From Escherichia coli (GTDB lineage: Bacteria; Pseudomonadota; Gammaproteobacteria; Enterobacterales; Enterobacteriaceae): a stretch of 64,000 bases of DNA. Both the position numbers and the translations under genes were made by a program. The DNA lies in the NCBI RefSeq assembly GCF_050920415.1, contig NZ_CP169309.1; one strand, 5' to 3'. Within the stretch, counting starts at the first letter, position 1, and every line of letters begins with the position of its first letter. Of the stretch, positions 54,119 to 64,000 are shown piece by piece. The notes under the pieces were generated by a model. It saw only the letters and a program-made list of their open reading frames with translations, was not told the DNA's origin and ran no database searches.

Positions 54119-54961
54119 TTAGCCCTTCACGCCACCGGCGGTCAAACCACTCTTAATAAAACGTTCCGAAAGTGCATACATAATCACCACCGGCAATGCG
54201 GTCACCAGCGAGGCCGCCATCATTCGGCCCCAGATGTAATCAGGGGTACTGAACAGCGCGTTCAGGCCTACCGGTAAAGTGAAATTGCTGGCGCTGGAGA
54301 GGAAAATCGAGGCAAACAGATAGTCGTTCCACGCCACCATAAAGCAGTAGACGAACACGGATATCAGCCCGGACATCGCCAGCGGTACCGTGATGCGGAA
54401 GATGATTTGCAGCCGGTTGAGGCCATCCATCATCGCCGCTTCTTCGATTTCATCGGGGATGGTGTCGAAGTAGCTTTTCAGCATAAACACAGCGGTAGGC
54501 AGGGTTTGCGTCACCATGGTGATGATCAGCGCCATCTCGGTGTCATAAACGCCAAGCGCGGTGATGATTTTGAACAGCGGCACCACCAGCAAAATGCCGG
54601 AGAACATGTACACCGTGTAAAAGCTGGCGTTGATGGTCATTCGCCCTTTAAAGCGCAGGCGGGAAAGCGCGTAAGCCCCGAGAATGCCGAGAAATACTGC
54701 TATCACGGATGAAACTACCGACACCACCAGGCTGTTACGGAAATAATCGACAAACGGGAAAATCACCGGGTTAAAAATGTCGACGTAATGCTCCAGCGTC
54801 CACTGCTGTGGCAGCAGCGTAGGATGCAGCGAGATCGCCTCTTTCGCGCTTTTGAACGAGGTCATCAGCATCACAAAAAAGGGAAACAGCGTGATGATGA
54901 GAAACAGCGCCAGCCCGCAGTAAAAACCGATGCGACTGAGTGTGCGTTTATTTGTTGCCAT
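54119..54961 (-). CDS. ycjP: ABC transporter permease
   Basis: 280 aa; MalG-like multi-TM permease. Confidence 0.85.
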   Translation of the reverse strand: MATNKRTLSRIGFYCGLALFLIITLFPFFVMLMTSFKSAKEAISLHPTLLPQQWTLEHYVDIFNPVIFPFVDYFRNSLVVSVVSSVIAVFLGILGAYALSRLRFKGRMTINASFYTVYMFSGILLVVPLFKIITALGVYDTEMALIITMVTQTLPTAVFMLKSYFDTIPDEIEEAAMMDGLNRLQIIFRITVPLAMSGLISVFVYCFMVAWNDYLFASIFLSSASNFTLPVGLNALFSTPDYIWGRMMAASLVTALPVVIMYALSERFIKSGLTAGGVKG

Positions 54962-55829
54962 TGAGGTTCACCCGTTTTCTGGTCAGCAGAATGACAGCGA
55001 AAATAATGATGAAGAGCACCACTGAGATCGCCGCCGCTTTCCCTAAGTCATTAAAGGCAAAGGCGGTTTTGTAGAGATAGACGCCGAGAATATCGACCTT
55101 GGTCGTCAGCAAATAAACGTCAGCGAACATGTAGAACATCCAGATGGTACGCAGAGTCACCACCGTCGCCAGGACCGGCATAATCGCGGGCAGCGTGACG
55201 ATGCGAAACCGTTGCCAGGCATTCGCGCCGTCCATCTCTGCCGCTTCGTACAGCGATTTATCAATGGTCTGCAAAATCGCCAGAAACGAGATAAAGGCAT
55301 ACGGGAAGTAGCGCCAGATGGCGAACAGCACCACCAGCACAAAACTACTGCCCGGGTTATCGAACCACAGCGGCGCCTGCTCATAGAGATGCAGAAGATC
55401 GACGCCGAGGTAGTTCACAATGCCGTAGCCGTTGTTGAACATGTATTTCCAGGCGAACACCAGCGAAATGGACGGCGTTACGTAGGAGAGGATTACCAAC
55501 GAACGCGCGGTTTTGCGCAGGCGAAACTCGCGGTTGAAAAACATCGCCACCGCCAGGCCGAGCACGGTGCTACCTGCCACCACCAGCGCGGTATACCAGA
55601 CCGTCATCCACAGCGAGTGCCAGAAGCCGGGATCGGAGAGAATACGCACATAGTTGCTCACCCCAACAAACGTTGCCTCGATGTTGGGATTGAGCGGCAG
55701 ACGTAAAAAACTAATTTCGATATTCGACACCATTGGCCACGCCACCAGACCGCCCAGCAGTAATAAGCTGGGCGCGAGAAGCAGCAGCGCAAAGGGCATA
55801 TCGGAACGACCTGAAAAAAGCCTGTTCAT
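54948..55829 (-). CDS. ycjO: ABC transporter permease
   Basis: 293 aa; MalF-like permease. Confidence 0.85.
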   Translation of the reverse strand: MNRLFSGRSDMPFALLLLAPSLLLLGGLVAWPMVSNIEISFLRLPLNPNIEATFVGVSNYVRILSDPGFWHSLWMTVWYTALVVAGSTVLGLAVAMFFNREFRLRKTARSLVILSYVTPSISLVFAWKYMFNNGYGIVNYLGVDLLHLYEQAPLWFDNPGSSFVLVVLFAIWRYFPYAFISFLAILQTIDKSLYEAAEMDGANAWQRFRIVTLPAIMPVLATVVTLRTIWMFYMFADVYLLTTKVDILGVYLYKTAFAFNDLGKAAAISVVLFIIIFAVILLTRKRVNLNGNK

Positions 55830-55849
55830 TGCGGATTCCTGTCCTGGGA

Positions 55850-57142
55850 TTAGTGCTGTTCGATCAGTTCATCCAGCTTTTTCTGGCTCGCTTGCAGCGT
55901 GGTTGAGAGATCGGCTTTCCCCACGGTGACGTTATGCACCATTGAACTCACCACACCAGACCCCGTCACATCGCCCATGCGGGTAAAGTTTTTGTCCCCT
56001 ACCGCACCAAAGACCTGAATGTTTGGCAGTTCGCTAATCAACTGATTCGGCAAGTCTCCCAGCGCCTTAATCACGTCGTTATCTTTCCAGGTGGCAGTCG
56101 TCACAACCGCTTTGTTCACCGGCAGCGCCGCGCCTGGCGACATCATCACCCAGTCGGCAATGTTGTCCGCCTGCTCCATAAAGGTGACAAATTTTTCTGC
56201 CGCTTCCGTCTCTTCGCTCTTTTGCCCGGCGGTAATGGTCAGCGAGGTCAACATGCCGTAGACCGCCGAGTTTTTCTCGGTTGGCACCACGAAACCGACA
56301 TTTTTCGGGTCACCTTCTTTAATCACAGCCGGAAGGATATAGGTGGAGTAAATCGCCATCGGCGCGGTGCCGTTCATAAAGGCGTCTTTCACTTCCATAA
56401 TGTCGTTAGAACCCGGCATGGTGTTGGCAGCAAGGTCGCGGTAATAGGTCAGCGCCTGCATCATCTCCGGCGTATCAAGGGTGATTTTGCCTTCGGCGTT
56501 AAAAACGTTGGCCTGATTGGATAACGCAAACTGAGAGAACGATTGTTCCGTCAGTACGCTTTCTGCCGTCGGCAGTGCAATACCGTATTTTTTATTCGCC
56601 GGATCGTTCAGTTTCTGTGCGACATCCAGCAACTGTTGCCAGTTTTTCGGCTCATCCAGCCCGGCTTTTGCCAGCACATCTTTGCGATACCAGATACCGC
56701 CAATCCATGCGCTGACAGGAACACCGGTCCAGGCGCTACCATCTTCGGTGCGCACAATCCGCAGAACGCCGTCATAAAACGCGCCTTCACCGACATTACT
56801 GATGACCGTAGCAACCGCTTTGCGATCGATAAGCTGTTCTTTGTCCATCACTTTCGCGTAGTCATGGCTGGTTTCGATCACTTCCGGCAGCGAGCCGCTA
56901 CGGGAAAGGGTGATGACTTTGGTGTTATAGGCATCTTCTTCCACCGGCACTTGTTTAACAGTGATGCCTGGGTTTTCTTTTTCAAAACGCGCAATTAAAT
57001 GACTAATTACCGCCTGGCGTTCCTGTTCCACCGAAGAATGCATAAACTCGATGGAAACATTCGTTTTATTTTCTTCTTTACAACCTGAAATCAGGGCGCA
57101 GGAAACCAGTGCTGATAACAGCACGATTTTTGATTTAATCAT
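55850..57142 (-). CDS. ycjN: ABC transporter periplasmic sugar-binding protein
   Basis: 430 aa with signal peptide/lipobox-like N-terminus. Confidence 0.85.
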   Translation of the reverse strand: MIKSKIVLLSALVSCALISGCKEENKTNVSIEFMHSSVEQERQAVISHLIARFEKENPGITVKQVPVEEDAYNTKVITLSRSGSLPEVIETSHDYAKVMDKEQLIDRKAVATVISNVGEGAFYDGVLRIVRTEDGSAWTGVPVSAWIGGIWYRKDVLAKAGLDEPKNWQQLLDVAQKLNDPANKKYGIALPTAESVLTEQSFSQFALSNQANVFNAEGKITLDTPEMMQALTYYRDLAANTMPGSNDIMEVKDAFMNGTAPMAIYSTYILPAVIKEGDPKNVGFVVPTEKNSAVYGMLTSLTITAGQKSEETEAAEKFVTFMEQADNIADWVMMSPGAALPVNKAVVTTATWKDNDVIKALGDLPNQLISELPNIQVFGAVGDKNFTRMGDVTGSGVVSSMVHNVTVGKADLSTTLQASQKKLDELIEQH

Positions 57143-57155
57143 GAGATGTTCCTTT

Positions 57156-58835
57156 TTATTTAATCCACATAACCTGCCAGGGGCGCAGCGTTATTTCATT
57201 ATCCACTATATCAACTTCACTAATCAGATCCCGACCGTGCAGGTCAGTAATATTTATATGCAGAATATTTTCACTGACATTAAACAACCCCGTCAGACAA
57301 TCACCAGTTGCAGTGCTTCTTCGAATACGCATTACAGATGAATTAACCGTATCGATGGTAAAACTATTATCCGGATGAAATTCTTTATGCCGGCGACGAA
57401 GCGTAATTAAATGCGACAACTGATGATATACTGCGTGCCTGAGTGTCGTTTCATCGTTCAGTTCACTGGCTATCTCTTCACTACGATATTTCTTACGGTT
57501 AATCGCACGGTTATATCCCGGCTTTTCGACACCAGCGTAATCATTACGTGAACCCAGAATACTTTGAATATAGACAGCAGGCACACCGGGAAAGGTTAAC
57601 AATATGGCATGAGCAAGAATAAACCGGGCACAGCGTTCTTCGTCACTGCAATCGCGATGGCTCAATGCGTCCATGTAGGTCACATTCATTTCATACGGAC
57701 TGCGCGTACCATCGGGATTATTTTTCCAGTTTACTAATGCCCCTTCCTGCTGTAACGCCTCGACTAGCGCTAATATCTCGCTTTCAGGCAACAAGCCTCG
57801 CAGTGGGTTAAGTCCAATACCATCATGAGACGCGAGGAAGTTAAACCAGGTGGTTTTGCTGGAAGGCAACGTCAGACTTTGCGCCCACTGGCACAGCGCC
57901 TGGACGTTCTGTTTTTGCACCGCATGTAACACCAGCGGCGGCAGTGAGAACTGGTACACCATATGCGCTTCGTCATCGCCGTTGCCAAAGTAAGCAATGT
58001 TGTCTTTATGCGGGACATTGGTCTCAGTAATGATGACCGTCCCCGGCGCGACGCTGTCAGTAATGGCGCGTAACAGTTTGATAATTTGATGTGTTTTATC
58101 CAGGTGGATGCAACTCGTTCCCGGCTCTTTCCACATAAAGCCAACGGCATCCAGACGGACATACTCTGCGCCTTTTTCCAGGTAACACATCAGCACATCT
58201 ACCATCGCCAGTAATACATCTGGGCTGCGATAATTGAGGTCAATTTGATCGTCGCTAAAGGTCGTCCATAAATGGCGCATTGAATTATCGTGCATTTTAA
58301 ACGGCGTTAATAAGGGTAACGCGCGTGGGCGAGTGACGGCGCTAAGATCGGTTTGCGGGTCAACAGCAATGAAAAAGTCTTCAAAGCCTGGCTTTTGTTG
58401 TAAATAGTTTTTAAACCATTCACTTTTAGCCGACATGTGGTTGCAGACAAAATCAAACATTAAATGACTGCATTCACCGAGTTGCTGAATATCCTGCCAC
58501 TCCCCCGCTTCACTGGCGACCTGATGATAATCAATTACCGAAAAGCCATCATCAGATGACCATGGATAAAACGGCAATAAATGAACATGTGAAAAAATGC
58601 TTTGCAGCCAGTGATGGTAAAACTGATTAAATGTGGGTAGTGGTTTTAAATCATTACTGTGAAATTGATCGGCATAGGTAATTAACACGACATCACTTTC
58701 ATCCCAGTGTTTTTTACGTCGCTGTGTAATTAATCTTTTCGCACTCTCAAGACGCGTTACAAGTTTCTGTAAATGAGTCGCGGTAAATGTTCCACCGTAG
58801 ATTTCGTCCAGGTAATCCGTAATTTTCTGTTTCAT
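57156..58835 (-). CDS. ycjM: sucrose-phosphorylase-family glycoside phosphorylase
   Basis: About 559 aa from MKQKITDYLDEIYG; GH13_18-like. Confidence 0.8.
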   Translation of the reverse strand: MKQKITDYLDEIYGGTFTATHLQKLVTRLESAKRLITQRRKKHWDESDVVLITYADQFHSNDLKPLPTFNQFYHHWLQSIFSHVHLLPFYPWSSDDGFSVIDYHQVASEAGEWQDIQQLGECSHLMFDFVCNHMSAKSEWFKNYLQQKPGFEDFFIAVDPQTDLSAVTRPRALPLLTPFKMHDNSMRHLWTTFSDDQIDLNYRSPDVLLAMVDVLMCYLEKGAEYVRLDAVGFMWKEPGTSCIHLDKTHQIIKLLRAITDSVAPGTVIITETNVPHKDNIAYFGNGDDEAHMVYQFSLPPLVLHAVQKQNVQALCQWAQSLTLPSSKTTWFNFLASHDGIGLNPLRGLLPESEILALVEALQQEGALVNWKNNPDGTRSPYEMNVTYMDALSHRDCSDEERCARFILAHAILLTFPGVPAVYIQSILGSRNDYAGVEKPGYNRAINRKKYRSEEIASELNDETTLRHAVYHQLSHLITLRRRHKEFHPDNSFTIDTVNSSVMRIRRSTATGDCLTGLFNVSENILHINITDLHGRDLISEVDIVDNEITLRPWQVMWIK

Positions 58836-59004
58836 GTTGCCTTTCCGTGGTAGCGGTCCCATGAGACGAGAGACTACTCCGCAGAAAATAAACTGTCAAT
58901 TGAGCACAAGGGTTTTAGTCACGCAGGAAATCATTTTTTACCAGGGAAAAAGCGTATTTGTGAACTGACGCAAATAATCTATGGGGATGTAAATAAGGTG
59001 TGAC

Positions 59005-59031
59005 AGAAAAAGTAAACGGCGCATAAGCGCC
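59005..59031 (-). terminator. rho-independent terminator of the psp operon
   Basis: Minus strand GGCGCTTATGCGCC hairpin followed by a T-rich run, just downstream of pspE. Confidence 0.55.
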
Positions 59032-59048
59032 GCTTAGGGGGGATTCTT

Positions 59049-59363
59049 TTAACCTTTGACCTTCGGCATTGCGATGTCTTTCAGGCCGCCAGCGTTCTCA
59101 ACGTGGGTATATCCCATCTCGCTAAGGATCTCTTTTGCCTGCCCTGACTGGCGTCCGGCATTGCAATACACTTTCACGGTGTCGTTTTTATCCGGAACGG
59201 CGGTGGCAATGCGCTCTTTCACTTCCTTCAGGGGAATATTGATGGCTCCCTGAACGTGCTCTTGCTGATACTGCTCTGGAACACGAACATCGATCCAGTG
59301 TTCAGCGGCGAAAACGGGCAGTGAAAACACCAGTGTCAGAGCAAGTAAGCCTTTTTTAAACAT
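59049..59363 (-). CDS. pspE: thiosulfate sulfurtransferase PspE (rhodanese)
   Basis: 104 aa with signal peptide; matches PspE. Confidence 0.9.
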   Translation of the reverse strand: MFKKGLLALTLVFSLPVFAAEHWIDVRVPEQYQQEHVQGAINIPLKEVKERIATAVPDKNDTVKVYCNAGRQSGQAKEILSEMGYTHVENAGGLKDIAMPKVKG

Positions 59364-59437
59364 GTAAGCGTCCTTCTATGGATGAAAATTGCCATCCATA
59401 ATACGCCTTAGCTTTAACAATTTTTGCGAAACTCCCC

Positions 59438-59659
59438 TCACCTTTTATAACGCTGCGCCAGTTTATTGGCAGCCCGACTTAACAGCGGTTCCAGCGCCAC
59501 GGCCAGCAACATTTTCAGCGGTCGGCGAGCAACTGATTTTATCGCCCAGCCAGCTACACCTGCCGGGCCATAGCGCAGTGCGGTAAGAAGTACCAGCTTG
59601 CCTGCTAATTTGAAACCAGGCTTCACCTTTTGCCCGGCCTGTTGCCAGCGAGTATTCAT
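59438..59659 (-). CDS. pspD: phage shock protein D
   Basis: About 73 aa from MNTRWQQAG. Confidence 0.8.
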
Positions 59660-59667
59660 AACTTTCC

Positions 59668-60027
59668 TCACAGTTGACGGAAACGGCTACGTAACGTGAA
59701 AGTATCGGAAGTGACATAACGTTCCATCTCGCGTAAACGCGTTTCACTTGCCGCCAGTTCACGGTCGACATCATCCAGCAATTCGCTGCTGGAAGGTAGC
59801 TGCTCACCAAAGGCCATGTTGTCCGGCATTGGATCAAGCGCAAATGACAAAATGATGTAAGCAACCAGGGTAAACAGCGCCAGGCCGAAGAAAATCGACA
59901 GCACCACCAGGATACGTACCAGTTTTACCGGTACATCAAAATAGTTGGCAATCCCGGCGCAGACGCCACGTACCATGCCCTGCTGTGGAATACGCCATAA
60001 TTTTTTATTGAGATTAATACCCGCCAT
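59668..60027 (-). CDS. pspC: phage shock protein C
   Basis: 119 aa; membrane anchor. Confidence 0.9.
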
Positions 60028-60251
60028 TAGCGATCCCTCCAGTTCGGATGTTCTGCATCAAGAATGGATTCCAGTGCCTGAATACGTTCGCGCATCCGTT
60101 TTGCTTCATCAGCCAGTTGCGCTAATCGTTGCTGCTCACTTTGCGACAATTCACCGCGACCGGAACGATTGCTGTAATGCAGCCATAACCAGATCGGTAA
60201 AACAAACAGCACAAAAATGGTTAACGGAATAGCCAGAAATAGCGCGCTCAT
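60027..60251 (-). CDS. pspB: phage shock protein B
   Basis: 74 aa, matches PspB. Confidence 0.9.
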   Translation of the reverse strand: MSALFLAIPLTIFVLFVLPIWLWLHYSNRSGRGELSQSEQQRLAQLADEAKRMRERIQALESILDAEHPNWRDR

Positions 60252-60304
60252 AAGGACTCCTTAGACGATGAGCGGCGGCGCGTTCGGACGCCGCCTGGAT
60301 GTTA

Positions 60305-61045
<741 letters not shown>

Positions 61046-61139
61046 TTATCTTTTTGATTTATAAAGATCTGATTGAAGAATCAACAGCAACATGCCAGGA
61101 TGAGTTAGCGAATTACACTAACAAGTGGCGAATTTCATC

Positions 61140-62117
61140 ATGGCAGAATACAAAGATAATTTACTCGGTGAGGCGAACAGCTTTCTCGAAGTGCTGGAAC
61201 AGGTTTCGCATCTCGCACCGCTGGACAAACCGGTGCTCATCATCGGCGAGCGCGGCACAGGTAAAGAGCTGATTGCCAGCCGTCTGCATTATCTCTCCTC
61301 CCGTTGGCAGGGGCCGTTTATTTCCCTTAACTGCGCGGCGTTAAATGAAAATCTGCTGGATTCCGAACTGTTTGGTCACGAAGCGGGCGCGTTTACCGGT
61401 GCGCAAAAACGTCATCCAGGGAGATTTGAACGTGCCGACGGCGGTACGCTATTTCTTGATGAACTCGCTACGGCACCGATGATGGTACAGGAGAAATTAT
61501 TGCGCGTGATTGAGTACGGTGAACTGGAGCGCGTTGGCGGCAGCCAGCCATTGCAGGTGAATGTGCGGTTGGTATGCGCGACGAATGCCGATCTCCCGGC
61601 GATGGTCAATGAAGGTACTTTTCGCGCTGACCTGCTCGACCGGCTGGCTTTCGATGTAGTGCAACTGCCGCCCCTGCGCGAGCGCGAAAGCGACATTATG
61701 CTGATGGCAGAACACTTTGCCATTCAGATGTGTCGGGAAATCAAGCTGCCTCTGTTCCCGGGTTTTACGGAGCGCGCCAGAGAAACATTGCTGAATTATC
61801 GCTGGCCAGGAAATATTCGTGAATTGAAAAACGTGGTGGAACGTTCGGTGTATCGCCACGGCACCAGCGATTATCCGCTTGATGACATTATTATTGATCC
61901 CTTTAAACGGCGTCCGCCTGAAGACGCTATCGCCGTTTCAGAAACCACCTCGCTTCCAACGCTGCCGCTGGATTTACGTGAGTTTCAGATGCAGCAGGAA
62001 AAAGAGTTGCTGCAACTCAGTTTGCAACAAGGGAAATATAACCAGAAGCGCGCGGCTGAATTACTGGGGTTAACCTATCATCAGTTCCGCGCGTTGTTGA
62101 AAAAGCACCAGATTTAG
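61140..62117 (+). CDS. pspF: psp operon transcriptional activator PspF
   Basis: 325 aa from MAEYKDNLLGEANSF; sigma-54 AAA+ activator with GAFTGA. Confidence 0.9.
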   Translation: MAEYKDNLLGEANSFLEVLEQVSHLAPLDKPVLIIGERGTGKELIASRLHYLSSRWQGPFISLNCAALNENLLDSELFGHEAGAFTGAQKRHPGRFERADGGTLFLDELATAPMMVQEKLLRVIEYGELERVGGSQPLQVNVRLVCATNADLPAMVNEGTFRADLLDRLAFDVVQLPPLRERESDIMLMAEHFAIQMCREIKLPLFPGFTERARETLLNYRWPGNIRELKNVVERSVYRHGTSDYPLDDIIIDPFKRRPPEDAIAVSETTSLPTLPLDLREFQMQQEKELLQLSLQQGKYNQKRAAELLGLTYHQFRALLKKHQI

Positions 62118-62136
62118 CGAAGTTGGGCAATACAAC

Positions 62137-62218
62137 TTGCCGGATGCGGCGTGAACGCCTTATCCGGCATACATAATGAATACGTCGTTTGCAGGCCTGA
62201 TAAGCGCAGCGCATCAGA
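62137..62218. repeat. REP-type extragenic palindromes
   Basis: GCCGGATGCGGCGTGAACGCCTTATCCGGC and GCAGGCCTGATAAGCGCAGCGCATCAG copies between pspF and puuE. Confidence 0.55.
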
Positions 62219-62236
62219 CATTATTGCGTTGGGCTA

Positions 62237-63502
62237 TTAATCGCTCAGCGCATCCTGCAATATTTTCATTGCCGCATCGAATTGCGCATCCGGGATGGTC
62301 AGCGGATACAGGAAGCGAATCACGTTGCCGTATGCACCACAGGTCAGCAGGAGCAGCCCCTGCGCCAGCGCGCGTTGCTGGATTTTCTGTGCAATCGCCG
62401 CTGACGGCTCGCCCGTTTGCGGATCGTTAAACTCTGCCGCAATCATCGACCCCAGACCGCGTACCGCCGCGATGGCCGGAACGCTTTCTTTGGCATCAAT
62501 CAACGTATTTGTCAGACGCTGGCCCAGTTGATTAGCGCGTTCACAGAGTGATTCTTTGTCGATAATGTTGAGCACCGCGTGCGCGGCAGCCACCGCCAGC
62601 GGGTTCCCGGCGTAGGTACCACCAAGTCCGCCCGGCGCGGGCGCGTCCATAATATTCGCGTTACCGACCACGCCCGAAAGCGGCATCCCGCCCGCGAGGC
62701 TTTTCGCCATTGTCATTAAGTCCGGCTTATCGGCGTAGTGATCCATGGCAAACAGTTTACCGGTACGCGCAAAGCCGCTTTGCACTTCATCGGCAATCAT
62801 CACAATACCGTGCTCGTCGCACAGGCGGCGAATGGCGGCAACCAGCTCTTTTGGCGCAACGTTGAAACCGCCTTCGCCCTGCACCGGTTCGAAAATAATC
62901 GCCGCCACCTGCTTCGCTTCAATGTCCGATTTAAACAAGCGTTCGATGGCATCGAGGGAGTCCTGCGTTGAAACGCCATGTAAATCTGACGGATAAGGTA
63001 CGTGATACACCGAACCGGGGAACGGGCCGAAGCCGATTTTGTACGGCGCGACCTTTCCGGTCAGCGCCATGGTCATATATGTACGACCGTGGAAGCCGCC
63101 GCTAAACGCAATCACGCCAGGGCGTCCGGTATGGGCGCGGGCGATTTTCACCGCGTTCTCCACCGCTTCCGCATCGGTGGTGAAGAACGCGGTTTTAGCC
63201 TGCCCGCTCACCGGGGCAAGGGCGTTGATTTTCTCCGCCAGGGTGACGTAGCTTTCGTACGGCACAATCTGATACGCCGTGTGGGTAAACTGTTGCAATT
63301 GCTGCTCCACCGCCGCGACCAGATCAGGGTGGCGATGCCCGGTATTCAGCACCGCAATGCCTGCGGCGAAATCGATATATTCGTTGCCCTCTACATCCTT
63401 CAGCGTGGCGTTTTCTGCCGACTGGGCGAAGAAGTTACACATCACGCCAACCCCGCGTGGGGTAGCAGAAAGACGACGCTGATGGAATTCATTGTTGCTC
63501 AT
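62237..63502 (-). CDS. puuE: 4-aminobutyrate aminotransferase PuuE
   Basis: 421 aa class-III PLP aminotransferase, matches PuuE. Confidence 0.9.
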   Translation of the reverse strand: MSNNEFHQRRLSATPRGVGVMCNFFAQSAENATLKDVEGNEYIDFAAGIAVLNTGHRHPDLVAAVEQQLQQFTHTAYQIVPYESYVTLAEKINALAPVSGQAKTAFFTTDAEAVENAVKIARAHTGRPGVIAFSGGFHGRTYMTMALTGKVAPYKIGFGPFPGSVYHVPYPSDLHGVSTQDSLDAIERLFKSDIEAKQVAAIIFEPVQGEGGFNVAPKELVAAIRRLCDEHGIVMIADEVQSGFARTGKLFAMDHYADKPDLMTMAKSLAGGMPLSGVVGNANIMDAPAPGGLGGTYAGNPLAVAAAHAVLNIIDKESLCERANQLGQRLTNTLIDAKESVPAIAAVRGLGSMIAAEFNDPQTGEPSAAIAQKIQQRALAQGLLLLTCGAYGNVIRFLYPLTIPDAQFDAAMKILQDALSD

Positions 63503-63539
63503 GTTTCACACCTTTTGACTCTTCACTGTTAATCGGAAA

Positions 63540-64000
63540 TTAAACGCCCAGACGATCGCGCAGGCTGTAATAAGCCGCGCCCATCGCGGTAAATGGCACG
63601 CGCAGCGTGCGCCCGCCGGGGAACGGGTAATGCGGCAGATTGGCGAAGGCGTCGAAGCGTTCGGCGTCACCGCGCAGCAGTTCAGCAATCAAACGCCCGG
63701 CAAGATGGGTACAGGTGACGCCGTGGCCGCTGTAACCCTGCATGTAATAGATGTTGGTATCAAGGCGATCGAACTGCGGCATGCGCGACAAGGTCAGCAG
63801 GAAGTTGCCCGTCCAGCGGTAATCAATTTTCACGCCCTTCAGCTGCGGGAAGGTTTTCAGCAGTTTCGGCACCACAAGACGCTCAACGTCATCCGGGTCG
63901 CGCGCGCCGTAGACCACGCCGCCGCCGTACAGCAGGCGGTTATCGGCAGTCAGGCGGTAGTAATCAAGAAGATAGTTACAGTCTTCCACACAGTAGTTTT
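63540..64000 (-). CDS. puuB: gamma-glutamylputrescine oxidase PuuB, 3' part (5' end beyond the window)
   Basis: C-terminal FAD-oxidase-like sequence reading to the window edge. Confidence 0.75.
   Translation of the reverse strand, partial: NYCVEDCNYLLDYYRLTADNRLLYGGGVVYGARDPDDVERLVVPKLLKTFPQLKGVKIDYRWTGNFLLTLSRMPQFDRLDTNIYYMQGYSGHGVTCTHLAGRLIAELLRGDAERFDAFANLPHYPFPGGRTLRVPFTAMGAAYYSLRDRLGV

Overview
The window has two parts. Positions 38,465-64,000 are conserved E. coli chromosome in reverse orientation relative to K-12: mpaA, ycjG, tpx, tyrR, ycjF, ycjX, ycjW, ompG, ycjV-ycjM, pspEDCBA, pspF, puuE and a partial puuB. Positions 1-38,057 are the right-hand ~38 kb of an integrated lambdoid-type prophage whose left end lies outside the window; a tyrosine integrase and an AlpA/Xis-like gene sit at the junction beside mpaA. 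The prophage has a LexA-like CI repressor with divergent promoters and boxA/boxB nut sites on both sides. The rightward operon carries replication genes (HTH protein, replisome-organiser-like initiator, HTH-metallophosphoesterase fusion, DnaB-type helicase) and NinB. The leftward operon carries an N-like antiterminator, Erf, SSB, two DNA methyltransferase-like genes, NinF/NinG/RusA and a Q-like antiterminator, then a ~5.7 kb island of about 23 small genes, a phage-21-type lysis cassette, and terminase/portal/capsid/tail genes. The most unusual feature is a tandem array of nine tiny single-helix hydrophobic peptide genes (10,284-11,123) between the lysis cassette and terS, with four more such genes elsewhere. 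Other notable features are a 13-G homopolymer beside an inverted repeat, a recurring GCCATTTTGTAAACTTT motif family, and the split of nin genes across both early operons. All functional calls rest on by-eye motif recognition and gene order; no database search was run.
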